Program-made: the position numbers and the translations under genes
Shown here: in pieces, positions 16,274-26,299 of the stretch
Layout of the letters: every line of letters starts with the position of its first letter
Numbering within the stretch: position 1 is the stretch's first letter
DNA from: Candidatus Heimdallarchaeota archaeon
GTDB taxonomy: Archaea; Asgardarchaeota; Heimdallarchaeia; Heimdallarchaeales; Kariarchaeaceae
Length of the DNA: 32,000 nucleotides
Assembly (NCBI GenBank): GCA_030149205.1
Contig: JASBSB010000001.1
Location: forward strand, 870,001-902,000
Reading direction: 5' to 3'
The notes under the pieces: model-generated
Seen by the model: only the letters and a program-made list of their open reading frames with translations
Databases searched by the model: none
Told to the model about the DNA's origin: nothing

Positions 16274-16725
16274 ACCAATTTGTGATATAAAAAGCTTCTT
16301 AATTACTGTTGAACCTTATGAGACAATGGTTTGAAGGCTCTTGCTGGTGGTTTTATAGTTTGGGATTGAGCTCTTGTAGAATCGTAGAATCTAAGAATCA
16401 TCAAGTTAAACACAAACTAAATATATGAGGATTAATCATAAAAAATTACAACATATTAAACCCTGGAAGAACATACAATATCTGTAATAAATGATAACAA
16501 TCAACAAATCCATTTGTGACCTAAGCCTGTCGAGAAGTCAGAAAATGCTCAATGAAATTGAGAAAGTTGGGACATTAAAACCAGCCTAGATTGACACAAT
16601 TTTTAAAAAATAGAAATAAGAAAAATACATCTATATCCCCATTATATTCAAAAAATTAGAATTAATTAAAAAATAATTAATTATTATATTTGACAAAACA
16701 GTAAGTTTTTATACCCAGGGGATAT

Positions 16726-17250
16726 ATGTTTTTTATGGCAATTCTTCCGGTGTTTGATCGGATTGAAACAAAGGAGATCATTAAAATGCTGATGCACAAC
16801 CCACAGACCGCTGCTGACCTGAACAAAACATTAGTGATCGAAAGATCCATCTGTTCAACCAGCACACTCTACAGGAGGTTAAACGAACTGCAGATAGCAG
16901 GCATCATCGAAAAGGATGGAAAACTGTTTCGATTGACAAAGTACGGGGAGAAACTCTTCTCAGAGTACACCAGACAGCCCACAAGGTTAACAGCAAAGGA
17001 ACTACGAATCCTGAAAAAGCTACGCAGACCTGTCTCATTTGTGGAGCTCTACAAAGAGCTCAACATCTCACCTAACAAGTTACAGGAGATACTTCAGGAG
17101 TTGGAGGAAGAAAACCTCATCAAAAGAAACAAGGAGACCGAGAGCAGTGGGGCTGGGAGACCCAAGATTCTATACAGCTCAACAAAAGAAGGAGAGAGGG
17201 TAAGAAAAAAGGGGAAGGATCTTGAGAGGAAAGCCAAACACAAGAGGTGA
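16726..17250 (+). CDS. Tandem winged-HTH transcriptional regulator
   Basis: Two wHTH units: STSTLYRRLNELQIAGII...FRLTKYG and SPNKLQEILQELEEENLI...GRPKILYSSTKEG. Its stop overlaps SD GAGGTGA of the next gene. Confidence 0.85.
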   Translation: MFFMAILPVFDRIETKEIIKMLMHNPQTAADLNKTLVIERSICSTSTLYRRLNELQIAGIIEKDGKLFRLTKYGEKLFSEYTRQPTRLTAKELRILKKLRRPVSFVELYKELNISPNKLQEILQELEEENLIKRNKETESSGAGRPKILYSSTKEGERVRKKGKDLERKAKHKR

Positions 17251-17256
17251 AAAATC

Positions 17257-18756
17257 ATGTATGAGAATATCTTAGAAAATGGATTGGTAAGGTTAAGAGT
17301 TATCCCCTCTGTTTCTTACGTGCTACGGGGGATCGAGAACAAGATGTATCTCCTGTTTGAACTGACTACTGACAAAAAGGAAACTGAGGTCAAAAGAAAA
17401 CCATTTGACCTGTCTGTCGTCTTGGACAGATCAGGGTCAATGCATGGTCCAAAACTGGAAAGATCAAAGGAGGCAATTGAGTTACTGATCAATAACCTCA
17501 GGACTGAAGATGGGGTGTCCCTCACAGTCTATGATAACCAGGTTGGGGTTGTGTTTAAGAACCAAAGCACAAAAAACAAATCAGTTTTGTTACAGAACAT
17601 TCGGTCGATTCACAGTGGTGGATCTACCTTCTTATCTGGGGGTTTAGAGCAGGGAGCAGAGCTCCTCAAAAAAAGCAGCCACCAAGACAGGAGAGTCTTC
17701 ATCTTCTCTGATGGACTTGCAAATGTGGGAATTAGAGACATTGATGGAGTCTCCCGTCTTGCTCAGCAAATAAGAGCGGAGGGCATAAAGACATCTTCAT
17801 TCGGTATTGGAGATAATTTTAGTGAGGACATGATGGTGTCTATCTCTGAGAGTGGAGGAGGTGAATTCTACTTTATTGAGTCAGCATCAGATATCCCAGT
17901 TATTGTGGAGGACGCCATTGAGGGAATGCTTGCAAATGTGCTTTTGAATGTGAGACTTCAGCTACGAGAGGCATTGGATGTGCAGATCAAAAAGGTCTTT
18001 GGATTTGACTCTACCACCATCGATGTGGGTGACATCAAATCTGAGGAGACCAGACAGTTCCTTGTGGAGATCAATATCACACCAGGACAGAGCGACAGCA
18101 TTGATGTCTTACAGTTCAAGCTAGATTACTCAAAACCTGAAAACCTTAAGGAAATCGGATCATTGTCTGACATTGTAAAGATCAAGATAACTGATGATGA
18201 AAGTCTTATCTCTGAGGAGAATCCCGAGGTCATGCAACTTAAGGAGATGTTAGAAAGCGCAGAACGAGAGACAGATATGATAGAACTCATAGATCAGGGG
18301 AGGTATGATGATTCGATCAGGATGTATGAGAGAGAGATCGATAAGCTTGAAATGATAGAAAATAAGGATCCACATCTGATTGACAAGATAGACCTGATGA
18401 AGGACAACTTAACGCAGCTAAGACTTGACAAAGAACGGGATGATTACAGGATGTCAAGAAAGAAAATTCACTACGACAGTTATTCAACTGCAAGATCACT
18501 CAGACGTCACAGCTCCAGAAGAGGTGAGAGATTAAGAGAAACTAGCGAGCCTTCAGCACAGAATCAAGAGAGACGATCTCCTGAAAAGAATAATGTGACG
18601 AGAAAGAGGAGCAAAGGGGGATCAAAAAGAACACAAAAAGAGAGCCCTGAAGAAGGTCAAAAGAGAAGGTCTGTACGAAAGAACAAGGCAGAACATGGAG
18701 CAGGATCTGGAAAAGACGCTAAAAAGAGACACTATAAAGAGGGAAAAAGGGTGTAG
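17257..18756 (+). CDS. von Willebrand factor A (MIDAS) domain protein with Lys/Arg-rich C-terminal tail
   Basis: DLSVVLDRSGSMHG (DxSxS), GSTFLSGGL, FIFSDGLANVG, FGIGDNF; the last ~80 aa are low-complexity basic. Confidence 0.9.
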   Translation: MYENILENGLVRLRVIPSVSYVLRGIENKMYLLFELTTDKKETEVKRKPFDLSVVLDRSGSMHGPKLERSKEAIELLINNLRTEDGVSLTVYDNQVGVVFKNQSTKNKSVLLQNIRSIHSGGSTFLSGGLEQGAELLKKSSHQDRRVFIFSDGLANVGIRDIDGVSRLAQQIRAEGIKTSSFGIGDNFSEDMMVSISESGGGEFYFIESASDIPVIVEDAIEGMLANVLLNVRLQLREALDVQIKKVFGFDSTTIDVGDIKSEETRQFLVEINITPGQSDSIDVLQFKLDYSKPENLKEIGSLSDIVKIKITDDESLISEENPEVMQLKEMLESAERETDMIELIDQGRYDDSIRMYEREIDKLEMIENKDPHLIDKIDLMKDNLTQLRLDKERDDYRMSRKKIHYDSYSTARSLRRHSSRRGERLRETSEPSAQNQERRSPEKNNVTRKRSKGGSKRTQKESPEEGQKRRSVRKNKAEHGAGSGKDAKKRHYKEGKRV

Positions 18757-18758
18757 GT

Positions 18759-19532
18759 GTGAGAATGGGATTTAGGGAAGAAGTAGATAATTTTCGTGCA
18801 TTATGTCGATTGCTTTTCTCTCAGGATATGAAACTTGAGGTTGATTTTGAAGAAAAAGGATTGACACTATTTAGCATACCGTATCTCCCCTCCGAGATAA
18901 GTGAACTGGTGAGTTTGGAGTGTTTGGATATAGACGACAGTCCAGAACTGACAGAATTGCCACCTGAAATTGGACAACTGAAGAATCTTAGGTATTTAAG
19001 ATTAAGTCATAGTAATGTTCATTCACTTCCATTTGAGATTGGGAGATTGGTAAATCTTGAGGAACTTATCATAACCTCACTTCCGTTGATCCAGTTACCA
19101 CCTGAAATAGAGAATTTAAAAAAATTAACGACAATAAAGCTTGCTTCAATTCCCCTTACATCATTTCCAAAAATAATTTGCAAGCTTGAGAATTTAGAAG
19201 TGGTATACCTTGTAAATCTGGTTAAAATCAGTGAAATTCCTAAAGAGTTTACTAAATTAAATAAACTAAAAAGTGTCGAATTGAAAGCGCTGAGAGGTTT
19301 ATATCACCCACCTGATGAAATCAATCATTTGATAAAGTGTGAAATTAAATGGAGTATGCACGAAGTTATTTACTCTTACTCAACTCGTAAAATAATTGAT
19401 CCTGAACTGCGGCATTATGAAAACAAATACAGATACACAAGGTACTTATGGGTTAATAAAGGGAACAAATATAAAGAAATTATAAATTTGGATGGAACAC
19501 AATATTATGCATCCCAAGTTTTCAGAATATAA
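18759..19532 (+). CDS. Leucine-rich repeat protein (about 6-7 repeats of ~23 aa)
   Basis: LPPEIGQLKNLRYLRLSHSNVHSLPFEIGRLVNLEEL pattern; starts 2 nt after the vWA stop. Confidence 0.9.
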   Translation: MRMGFREEVDNFRALCRLLFSQDMKLEVDFEEKGLTLFSIPYLPSEISELVSLECLDIDDSPELTELPPEIGQLKNLRYLRLSHSNVHSLPFEIGRLVNLEELIITSLPLIQLPPEIENLKKLTTIKLASIPLTSFPKIICKLENLEVVYLVNLVKISEIPKEFTKLNKLKSVELKALRGLYHPPDEINHLIKCEIKWSMHEVIYSYSTRKIIDPELRHYENKYRYTRYLWVNKGNKYKEIINLDGTQYYASQVFRI

Positions 19533-20002
19533 CACTAACTGAAACAATTGTATTGAACCTCACAGAATACAACAAAAGAGAACCAGCAATACTTAACCAG
19601 ATTCACATTATTGTGCAAGTTAATCAGGTTACAGGTGTGAGACTTTTAATTTATAATAACAAATGAGTAATTTTTTCAATTGGATTTTGAGAATGAGTAA
19701 CGTAAATTGATGGTTTTCCTCTTTAATTTTTTTAAAAGGTCAAGATAGTTTTTCAGATGAAACCCGTTCCTATACCAGTGAATAACATGTAAAATTTCTG
19801 AACTTTTATGTTCCTAATAAGAATTAACGCTTTCAAATGTATTCCCCCTCGAATAACTCAGTTAAATTTTGGCAAAATTATTCAAGATTAAAACCCTTTA
19901 AAACACTTTAAAATTCTTTAAAATTTAGAATTAGAAAAAATATTCATGAATTTTTTACAATACACTGCAAATCTTTTTATTACCAAATAGCAAATAGTAA
20001 AC

Positions 20003-21046
20003 ATGCTCAATCAAAACACTGATCTAATAAATCAGTCATATGTAGCACCTGATACAACTGAGGTGACGAGAAAAATAACAGGGAAGAGTTTAGCATTCAT
20101 GTCCTGGATGCTCTTCCTAGCACTTCAACTGAGTGGGTATTTTCTGACATTATCGAAGCTAGGCAATGACAGCAGGCTAAACTCAATTTTTCTCGGATTT
20201 ACTGTATTCACAGTGTTTGTGGTAATTGTGATCGCTGCTCTGTATCTAGATTTCCTCGCTAAGGCTTCTGCATCTTTTTTACGAATGGAATTCTATATAT
20301 TTCTTCTTATAACCTTAGTTGTTAGCTTTAGCAATTTCTTGAAGCTCTCCTTTGGAATCAGTGATATGAGTGTCACCTATATCTATTTCCCTCTTCCATT
20401 AGTAGGGTGGGTGGTGTACCCACTTGATCTGTTTAGTTTTTATGTATTCTTATTACTGGTACTAGAAGCGCCTTTGAGAGTACTAGTTGCGCTTTACAAA
20501 AAGGTCTTTGTTGATGACCCAGAAGCGAGATATCCATTGTATGAGGCAAACCTTGATTTAATAGATAAATCCTCTTCACTTGCAAAATGGGGGTTAAAAT
20601 ATTTGCTTCCTTTTTTTATAGTATATGGCCTGATAACAGGGTTTGTCGTTTGGCTGTATTCAATCGCTCTGAGTGTAGGTTTAAGAGTTCCCACTATTTC
20701 ATGGATCCCGTCGCTTTATCTCCTGTTTATTATACCTTTATTGCTAATTGAACTTTTATTGATCTACACTGTACTTCCTAAAGAGCAGGAAGGATTCTTA
20801 AGACGGCTGATTCCTCATTTCAACCACCATCGTACAACTATTGGTTTCTTTGCACTGATATCCACACAGCTGGCTGGAATTGCATTGATCTTCTCTCAGA
20901 ATCTTTTGTTTGGATGGTTTGCACTGATTGCATGGGTAAACCAGTACATGTTCTTCACATTTGCAATCAACAACAGAACGATTTCGGAGGACAAGAAGTC
21001 TGCTAATGAACCTAATACCATCTATTTTTATTCTTACCTAAGCTGA
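20003..21046 (+). CDS. Polytopic membrane protein, family A (paralog of 28329-30062)
   Basis: Multiple hydrophobic segments; LIPHFNH...QLAGI and C-terminal PNTIYFYS align with the paralog. Confidence 0.8.
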   Translation: MLNQNTDLINQSYVAPDTTEVTRKITGKSLAFMSWMLFLALQLSGYFLTLSKLGNDSRLNSIFLGFTVFTVFVVIVIAALYLDFLAKASASFLRMEFYIFLLITLVVSFSNFLKLSFGISDMSVTYIYFPLPLVGWVVYPLDLFSFYVFLLLVLEAPLRVLVALYKKVFVDDPEARYPLYEANLDLIDKSSSLAKWGLKYLLPFFIVYGLITGFVVWLYSIALSVGLRVPTISWIPSLYLLFIIPLLLIELLLIYTVLPKEQEGFLRRLIPHFNHHRTTIGFFALISTQLAGIALIFSQNLLFGWFALIAWVNQYMFFTFAINNRTISEDKKSANEPNTIYFYSYLS

Positions 21047-21103
21047 ATTAATTGGATAATTATTATAATGTGAATTTTGAGGAGGGGAATATAACTTGTC
21101 ACA

Positions 21104-21253
21104 ATGATTGAGGTCAGAACAAAGAGAAATGACCCTGCAACAGCGATAGGAAAATTAAATTTGGGAGATACAAAAGTGTATATCCAGTTTGCAGTGGTTG
21201 GTCAGAGAAATTTTGAGAAGGGCAGGAGGTTGTTTCAAGAACTAAATGCTTAG
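21104..21253 (+). CDS. Possible 49-aa ORF MIEVRTKRNDPATAIGKLNLGDTKVYIQFAVVGQRNFEKGRRLFQELNA (small gene or remnant)
   Basis: Hand translation; the SD-like GAGGAGGGG lies 16 nt upstream, which is too far to be optimal. Confidence 0.3.
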   Translation: MIEVRTKRNDPATAIGKLNLGDTKVYIQFAVVGQRNFEKGRRLFQELNA

Positions 21254-21861
21254 AAACTTCTCTCAGTGACTGACTTTATTATGCTCACTTACGCTAGCTC
21301 CAACAATATTTCAAAGGTTGCTGGGCTCGACAAACAGTTATGGTCCTTTCTTCAACTGATACCCTAAGGTATCACTCAATGGTCTCTGAATGAAATGGGA
21401 TGCATTCACCTCTCTAATCCAGTTGATTGGCAAAGTCTATTGAAATGATGTTTTTTTTGCAGTTTTGATTTAAAATGTGAAGTTTGTAATAGAATATAAT
21501 TATTAGTATAATTATATTTTAATAATAATAAAAAATTTATTAATTTTTAGTTACTTATTTATTATTTTTAGTTATGAATTGAATTTTGCTAAATCTAAAT
21601 TTAATAATCACCCTAAGACCATTGTACATCAAAATATCTCGGAGAAATTAGTTGAAAACTATTTAATTTAGGAATATTATTATTTTTCAGTAAAATTATT
21701 ATTCAATAATTAAAACTTTCATATAGTAAAATTTTAAACTGAAAGGTCTTTATACACTACATGCTAAATCTGCTCAGAGAGTTTTACTCTCAGGAAATCA
21801 TTATGAAGTATATAGATTTATCACAGACTTTCAAGACCCTGATGATAATCCAACATTTTAG

Positions 21862-22752
21862 TTGGAGGTGAGATATTTGTCAATTAACTACATTGCATCT
21901 AATAAAATTGTATTTGACCAAAAAATTAACCGGTTTGATCCCCTCATTTATTTAATCGGTGGTTTCTTGTTCTTAGTGCTCGGAAGCGTTGGTGTCTTTC
22001 TATTAATACCACAGGCAAAAAACTCCAATTATTTGCTGACTTCTCTTCTCCTGCTGGGAGTTAGTGGTGGGTCTGTTATTGTGACCATTGTGTTAACACA
22101 GTTCATGGGGGCTTATTTTAGAGATGTAAACAGTGTTCCCCGATTTTTAGAGCAAATAGCTGTAGCTACAATCTTACCTATTATAATAGTATTGACTTCT
22201 CTAAATTTTTTAGGTATATCTCAGGTTCTATTATTTTCAGGAACAATCCTATTTCTCTACATTCAGGGGTTGTTTTTTCTCTATAACTCATATTACATCA
22301 ATAATGCAGAGAGCAGTAAATTCATAGAAAAAATTGAAAATCACGTTAAAATTCATTACGAGATGAAGGTTCCCCTAGTTGGTGGGAAGATGAGTTATAC
22401 AAATCTCTTTGAATTGACTCTACCACTGCAAGAGAGATTAGACTTCCTTCTTGTTAGAAACCATAAAAGGAACTTGCTCTTTGATGAGACAAAGATTGTT
22501 TCTGCTCAGGAAATAAAGGTATCACCAGAAAACTCAAGGTTTGACCTTTATCTGCTCCTTAGGAATGATGCTTCGAAAGCCTATTCAGAGGGAGTATTAC
22601 TTAGTAAAGACCTGGGAAAGAGCGATCTAGAAAAGATCCAGAATATGATTGACAAATTTATTCACTATAAATTTTTAGAGAAAGAGAAGGTTGGTTCTCA
22701 CGCTTCTTTTTATTATGATAGAATCATATTAAATAATCCACAACCTGAATAA
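21862..22752 (+). CDS. Membrane protein (about 4 TM) with soluble C-terminal domain, unknown function
   Basis: Four hydrophobic stretches, then a beta-rich soluble region; TTG start uncertain. Confidence 0.75.
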   Translation: MEVRYLSINYIASNKIVFDQKINRFDPLIYLIGGFLFLVLGSVGVFLLIPQAKNSNYLLTSLLLLGVSGGSVIVTIVLTQFMGAYFRDVNSVPRFLEQIAVATILPIIIVLTSLNFLGISQVLLFSGTILFLYIQGLFFLYNSYYINNAESSKFIEKIENHVKIHYEMKVPLVGGKMSYTNLFELTLPLQERLDFLLVRNHKRNLLFDETKIVSAQEIKVSPENSRFDLYLLLRNDASKAYSEGVLLSKDLGKSDLEKIQNMIDKFIHYKFLEKEKVGSHASFYYDRIILNNPQPE

Positions 22753-22777
22753 ATGTTCTAATTGAAGAGGTATTCGC

Positions 22778-23779
22778 ATGAATCTGGTATTTATTATTTT
22801 TGAGAGTCTCTACAGGTTCATGGGTCTTGATCAGGATGTGAAGATCGTAGAAGGAGAAGACAAACTTACCCTGATCCCCAATCTAACAAAATCAAAACTC
22901 GTTTTTCTCATAATTCCAATTGTAGGTTCTATGCTCATGTTAGCATTTCAGTCTGTTCTCTTATACATTTTTAATTCTCACCATTACACATTCTCCTATT
23001 CAGACATTTTTTGGTTGCTAGGTCTACCCATTCTTGTGTATCTTTTTGTGATTTTTTTAACAACGAGAGTTTCAGGATTAAAAAAAACGATGCAGGTTAG
23101 CCCATTAAATTATTATCAACTGATTGTGACAATTTCATCACTAAATCTACTAATAGGTGTTGGGATAACTCCAATCTTTTTTATGTCTACAGTCACCAAA
23201 TGGTCTTTGGTGTATGTGTTAGCAGTCAATAACCTTAATTTGATGATCTATTTGACCTTAATGCAGCTTGCATCCACGTTTCATTCTTTTACCATACTCG
23301 AAAAAACAGGAAACAATATCCTTGGTTACTTCCATCTAAGTTATTATATTTTCCCATTTATAAAAATGCAGACGAACCTAACCTTCAAGTCACACGAACC
23401 AATGAAAATGAGATTTACCATAAAAGATTGGAACAGGGAAAGGAATGCAAAATTAACCGATGAGGCAACCATATCCTCTTCTTATTCTTATACCTATGAG
23501 GAATTTTTAGATCTAAAAGAAGGTAGAGGAAAAAATTTTGTTTTTGCGCTATATGGCCCACTTGAGCAAGATAAGAATTTACTTGGAGGATTAATAATTG
23601 TGTCTGAGAAGAAAAAGCAAATCCTTGAATGTATCCAGGTAATCTCCAGATTTTGTGAGATTGAGTTTGTAAAAGCTCCAACAACGATTGTAAAAAGTTA
23701 TTTATCTGGTGGTTCAGTTCATGAAACAGTCACAGAGGAAAAATCTCCTGAACAAATCCTAAGTGAAATGATGAAATAG
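22778..23779 (+). CDS. Membrane protein, family B (paralog of 30305-31252)
   Basis: About 4 TM; shares VKIVE...LxPNLT, SxEPMKMRF and EQILxEM with the paralog. True start is probably ATG 22820 by comparison with the paralog. Confidence 0.82.
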   Translation: MNLVFIIFESLYRFMGLDQDVKIVEGEDKLTLIPNLTKSKLVFLIIPIVGSMLMLAFQSVLLYIFNSHHYTFSYSDIFWLLGLPILVYLFVIFLTTRVSGLKKTMQVSPLNYYQLIVTISSLNLLIGVGITPIFFMSTVTKWSLVYVLAVNNLNLMIYLTLMQLASTFHSFTILEKTGNNILGYFHLSYYIFPFIKMQTNLTFKSHEPMKMRFTIKDWNRERNAKLTDEATISSSYSYTYEEFLDLKEGRGKNFVFALYGPLEQDKNLLGGLIIVSEKKKQILECIQVISRFCEIEFVKAPTTIVKSYLSGGSVHETVTEEKSPEQILSEMMK

Positions 23780-23803
23780 CTCATATTTTGGTTGAATTTC
23801 TAA

Positions 23804-24655
23804 GCATACCATTTATATTGTTTTAATTCCATTGTATCAGCCTTATTTGAACAAGATTTCTCCTCTCATCTTGGTAGTCATATCAACTGGGATTTCATCA
23901 GCACATTGGTGAAGAGTTCAGCCTCCCAGAGGCACTTCTTCCTCCCTTGTGACTCTGCAACGGTGACAGAGCTTACCCATGCAACCGGAAAGTATGTCTA
24001 CAGCTTTGGGATGGTGGTGGATGCAATATTTGGGACAAATCTTATTTCCTTTGCCCTGACAAAGCTACTTAACCTGGTGAACCCTCTAAATTTCATCATC
24101 AAGGCACTTAAACGGTTTGGTGTCATGAGGTACAGCTTTCTACCTCTCTTTGTGAATAACAACCCCTTTGGCCCGACAGGTGAGATGGTGTGGAATGAAG
24201 TATTGTGGGATTTTGGCAATCTGTTTATGGTGTTAACTTCAGTGTTTTTAACCTATTCAGGTCTCATTGTCATTCCCTACATTGCAGTTACAGTCACCTC
24301 AGCGAGCTTAGCATTGTACAGTTCTCTTGCAAACTTTGTTGGAGTTCTTTACAATCACCTGAGTAACGTAGCTGCTGTTGGGTCCGCCTAATTTAACCTT
24401 CTTCCCCTATTTTGGGATTTCTTGTGGATGGTTTTAGGAAGAATAGCTTGGTTTAACCAAGCTGTTGTGGCTTCAGATATCACTGCACAATCAACTGCAA
24501 CTGCTGCTTCAGGTGGATGGCCAGTGGTGCTTGCGAAAGCTATCCAAATTATCTCAATAGTAGGGGGTGTCATTTGGTGGCTTTATGGAGTCTATTCAGA
24601 TATCACAGATGTTGATGACATAGCAAACATGCCTTCTTGGATATTTGGTGGATAA
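23804..24655 (+). pseudogene. 5'-truncated hydrophobic-protein remnant with one in-frame TAA
   Basis: One frame is open from 23804 to 24655 except for TAA at 24389-24391. ORF-track entries 23906..24391 and 24422..24655 are in the same frame, and the gap translates FNLLPLFWDF. Confidence 0.65.
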
Positions 24656-24689
24656 ATAAGAAAATTAATAAACTGAGTTAAGGGAGCAA

Positions 24690-25538
24690 ATGAATATGGA
24701 TTATGATCACATGTACTTCTTTCATTATAGGGCAAAAACGCAATCATGTCAATACAAGTCGACCGTTCCTTTTCAGGATAAGATCAAGTCAACTTTTATG
24801 CTCTTTCCTTTTTTATTGGTTGGATTGCTGGCAGGGGTGATACTTATCTCTCAAGGATGGGACAAGGTCGAATTTTTCAACTCTTTGACATTGATTGGGC
24901 TGTTATTAACTTTTACTGCCGTTTTGGTGTTAAACTTTGGATTGATTTCAGTTTTAAGATCCTTCAAAAGATATCAGTATGAAAAATCATTCTTCCCAGT
25001 TTTTGATGGGGTGAGCAAAAACCTTGCTGTGTTCGTCATTGTCACTGTGCTCTACGGGCTTGGTTTTGTTTATCTCTGGTTACCCAATTTACCAGTAATA
25101 AAACCGAACAACAGACTATACCTGGTTCCTCTGTTTTTGATTGCACTTCCAGGAACAGGAGTGCTAGTGGCTACAGGTGCATGGCTTAATGCAGTATTTA
25201 ACCGAATAACCATAAAGGTTGACCAATCAACCAAAACGTTATCCCTTAAGGTTTGGTCGAGGTTTGACACTTACCGTTCTTTCAAATTTAATCTAAATGA
25301 TCCAATTTGGATAATCAAAAAAAATTTTTTATACAAATCCCGTCATGATTCTGAGTTTCCGGGAAGTAAAGCCTATGCAGCAATTATTGAGAACCAGGGG
25401 AACCGACATCTGGTGTACTGGAACTCAGAAGAGCTATGTACCGCATTTATCTCTGAGCTGAGGCAGTGCACTGACTGGCAGGTAACGGAGGAGGAGGCAG
25501 GATTTATTGATAAGAACAGCTATAAATGCGTTGTGTGA
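24690..25538 (+). CDS. Membrane protein (about 4 TM) with C-terminal soluble beta domain
   Basis: Hydrophobic segments followed by RITIKVDQSTKTLSLKVW...; SD GGGAG before the ATG. Confidence 0.78.
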   Translation: MNMDYDHMYFFHYRAKTQSCQYKSTVPFQDKIKSTFMLFPFLLVGLLAGVILISQGWDKVEFFNSLTLIGLLLTFTAVLVLNFGLISVLRSFKRYQYEKSFFPVFDGVSKNLAVFVIVTVLYGLGFVYLWLPNLPVIKPNNRLYLVPLFLIALPGTGVLVATGAWLNAVFNRITIKVDQSTKTLSLKVWSRFDTYRSFKFNLNDPIWIIKKNFLYKSRHDSEFPGSKAYAAIIENQGNRHLVYWNSEELCTAFISELRQCTDWQVTEEEAGFIDKNSYKCVV

Positions 25539-25909
25539 TAAATTTAACTAATGCCAACAATTTCAAGCTTTGATAATTTATTTATCTCTAATTTGGAATC
25601 TATTTTTTCTTCACTCTGAATTCATTTCAAATCTTTGTTATGATGTTTTTTCCTCATCAAGGTTATGGTAAGTTTACCAGACAACCATTTTTGGAATTAC
25701 TGTCTTCATAGCAACTTGCGGGTTTTTTACACAGTTGACGGCAAATTCAGTAATGAAAACTGAGACAGTCGCATCTGCAACTTGGCCGAAAATGATGCTT
25801 AATTCTTAAGATTTCGATTTGAAAGTCTCAATAATAGAAATGCTTTTTGTTATTGATAACTGAGATATAGTTATATTCTACCTTGAAAAAAAAAAATTGA
25901 GGTTTTATA

Positions 25910-26227
25910 ATGACCACTGTGAATTTTAAGTTAAGAACCAAAAGGTGGCCCCCTGTTTTAGTTAAATTGATGACCATTGGAATTATGTTTAGTTTCATTT
26001 TCCTCGTAATTTCAAAGGAATTTAATATACTCTATGGTGTATTCTTTTTGTATTATTTCTTCATTTATGAGCAAATAATAGAACCAATGCTTGAGCGAGA
26101 GAAAGATCAGTGGAGTCCTACCGCATTTAAAGTTGTACAGGGCTTGTCAGTGTTTATTTTTATCCTTCTTATGTTTGGATTGTTACTTTATACTTTTATT
26201 GCTCTTACCCTCTGGATTCTACCTTGA
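25910..26227 (+). CDS. Small 3-TM membrane protein
   Basis: Three hydrophobic stretches; SD GAGGT upstream. Confidence 0.72.
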   Translation: MTTVNFKLRTKRWPPVLVKLMTIGIMFSFIFLVISKEFNILYGVFFLYYFFIYEQIIEPMLEREKDQWSPTAFKVVQGLSVFIFILLMFGLLLYTFIALTLWILP

Positions 26228-26299
26228 AATATAGCATAAGTTGTAATTGAGAATCGCATCCAAAATTTTTTTTATAACAAAATTAAGTAGAACAATCAT

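Noticed and set aside
21357-21374. Hairpin TGATACC-CTAA-GGTATCA
   Set aside because: A single 7-bp stem with no second copy seen; compatible with chance.
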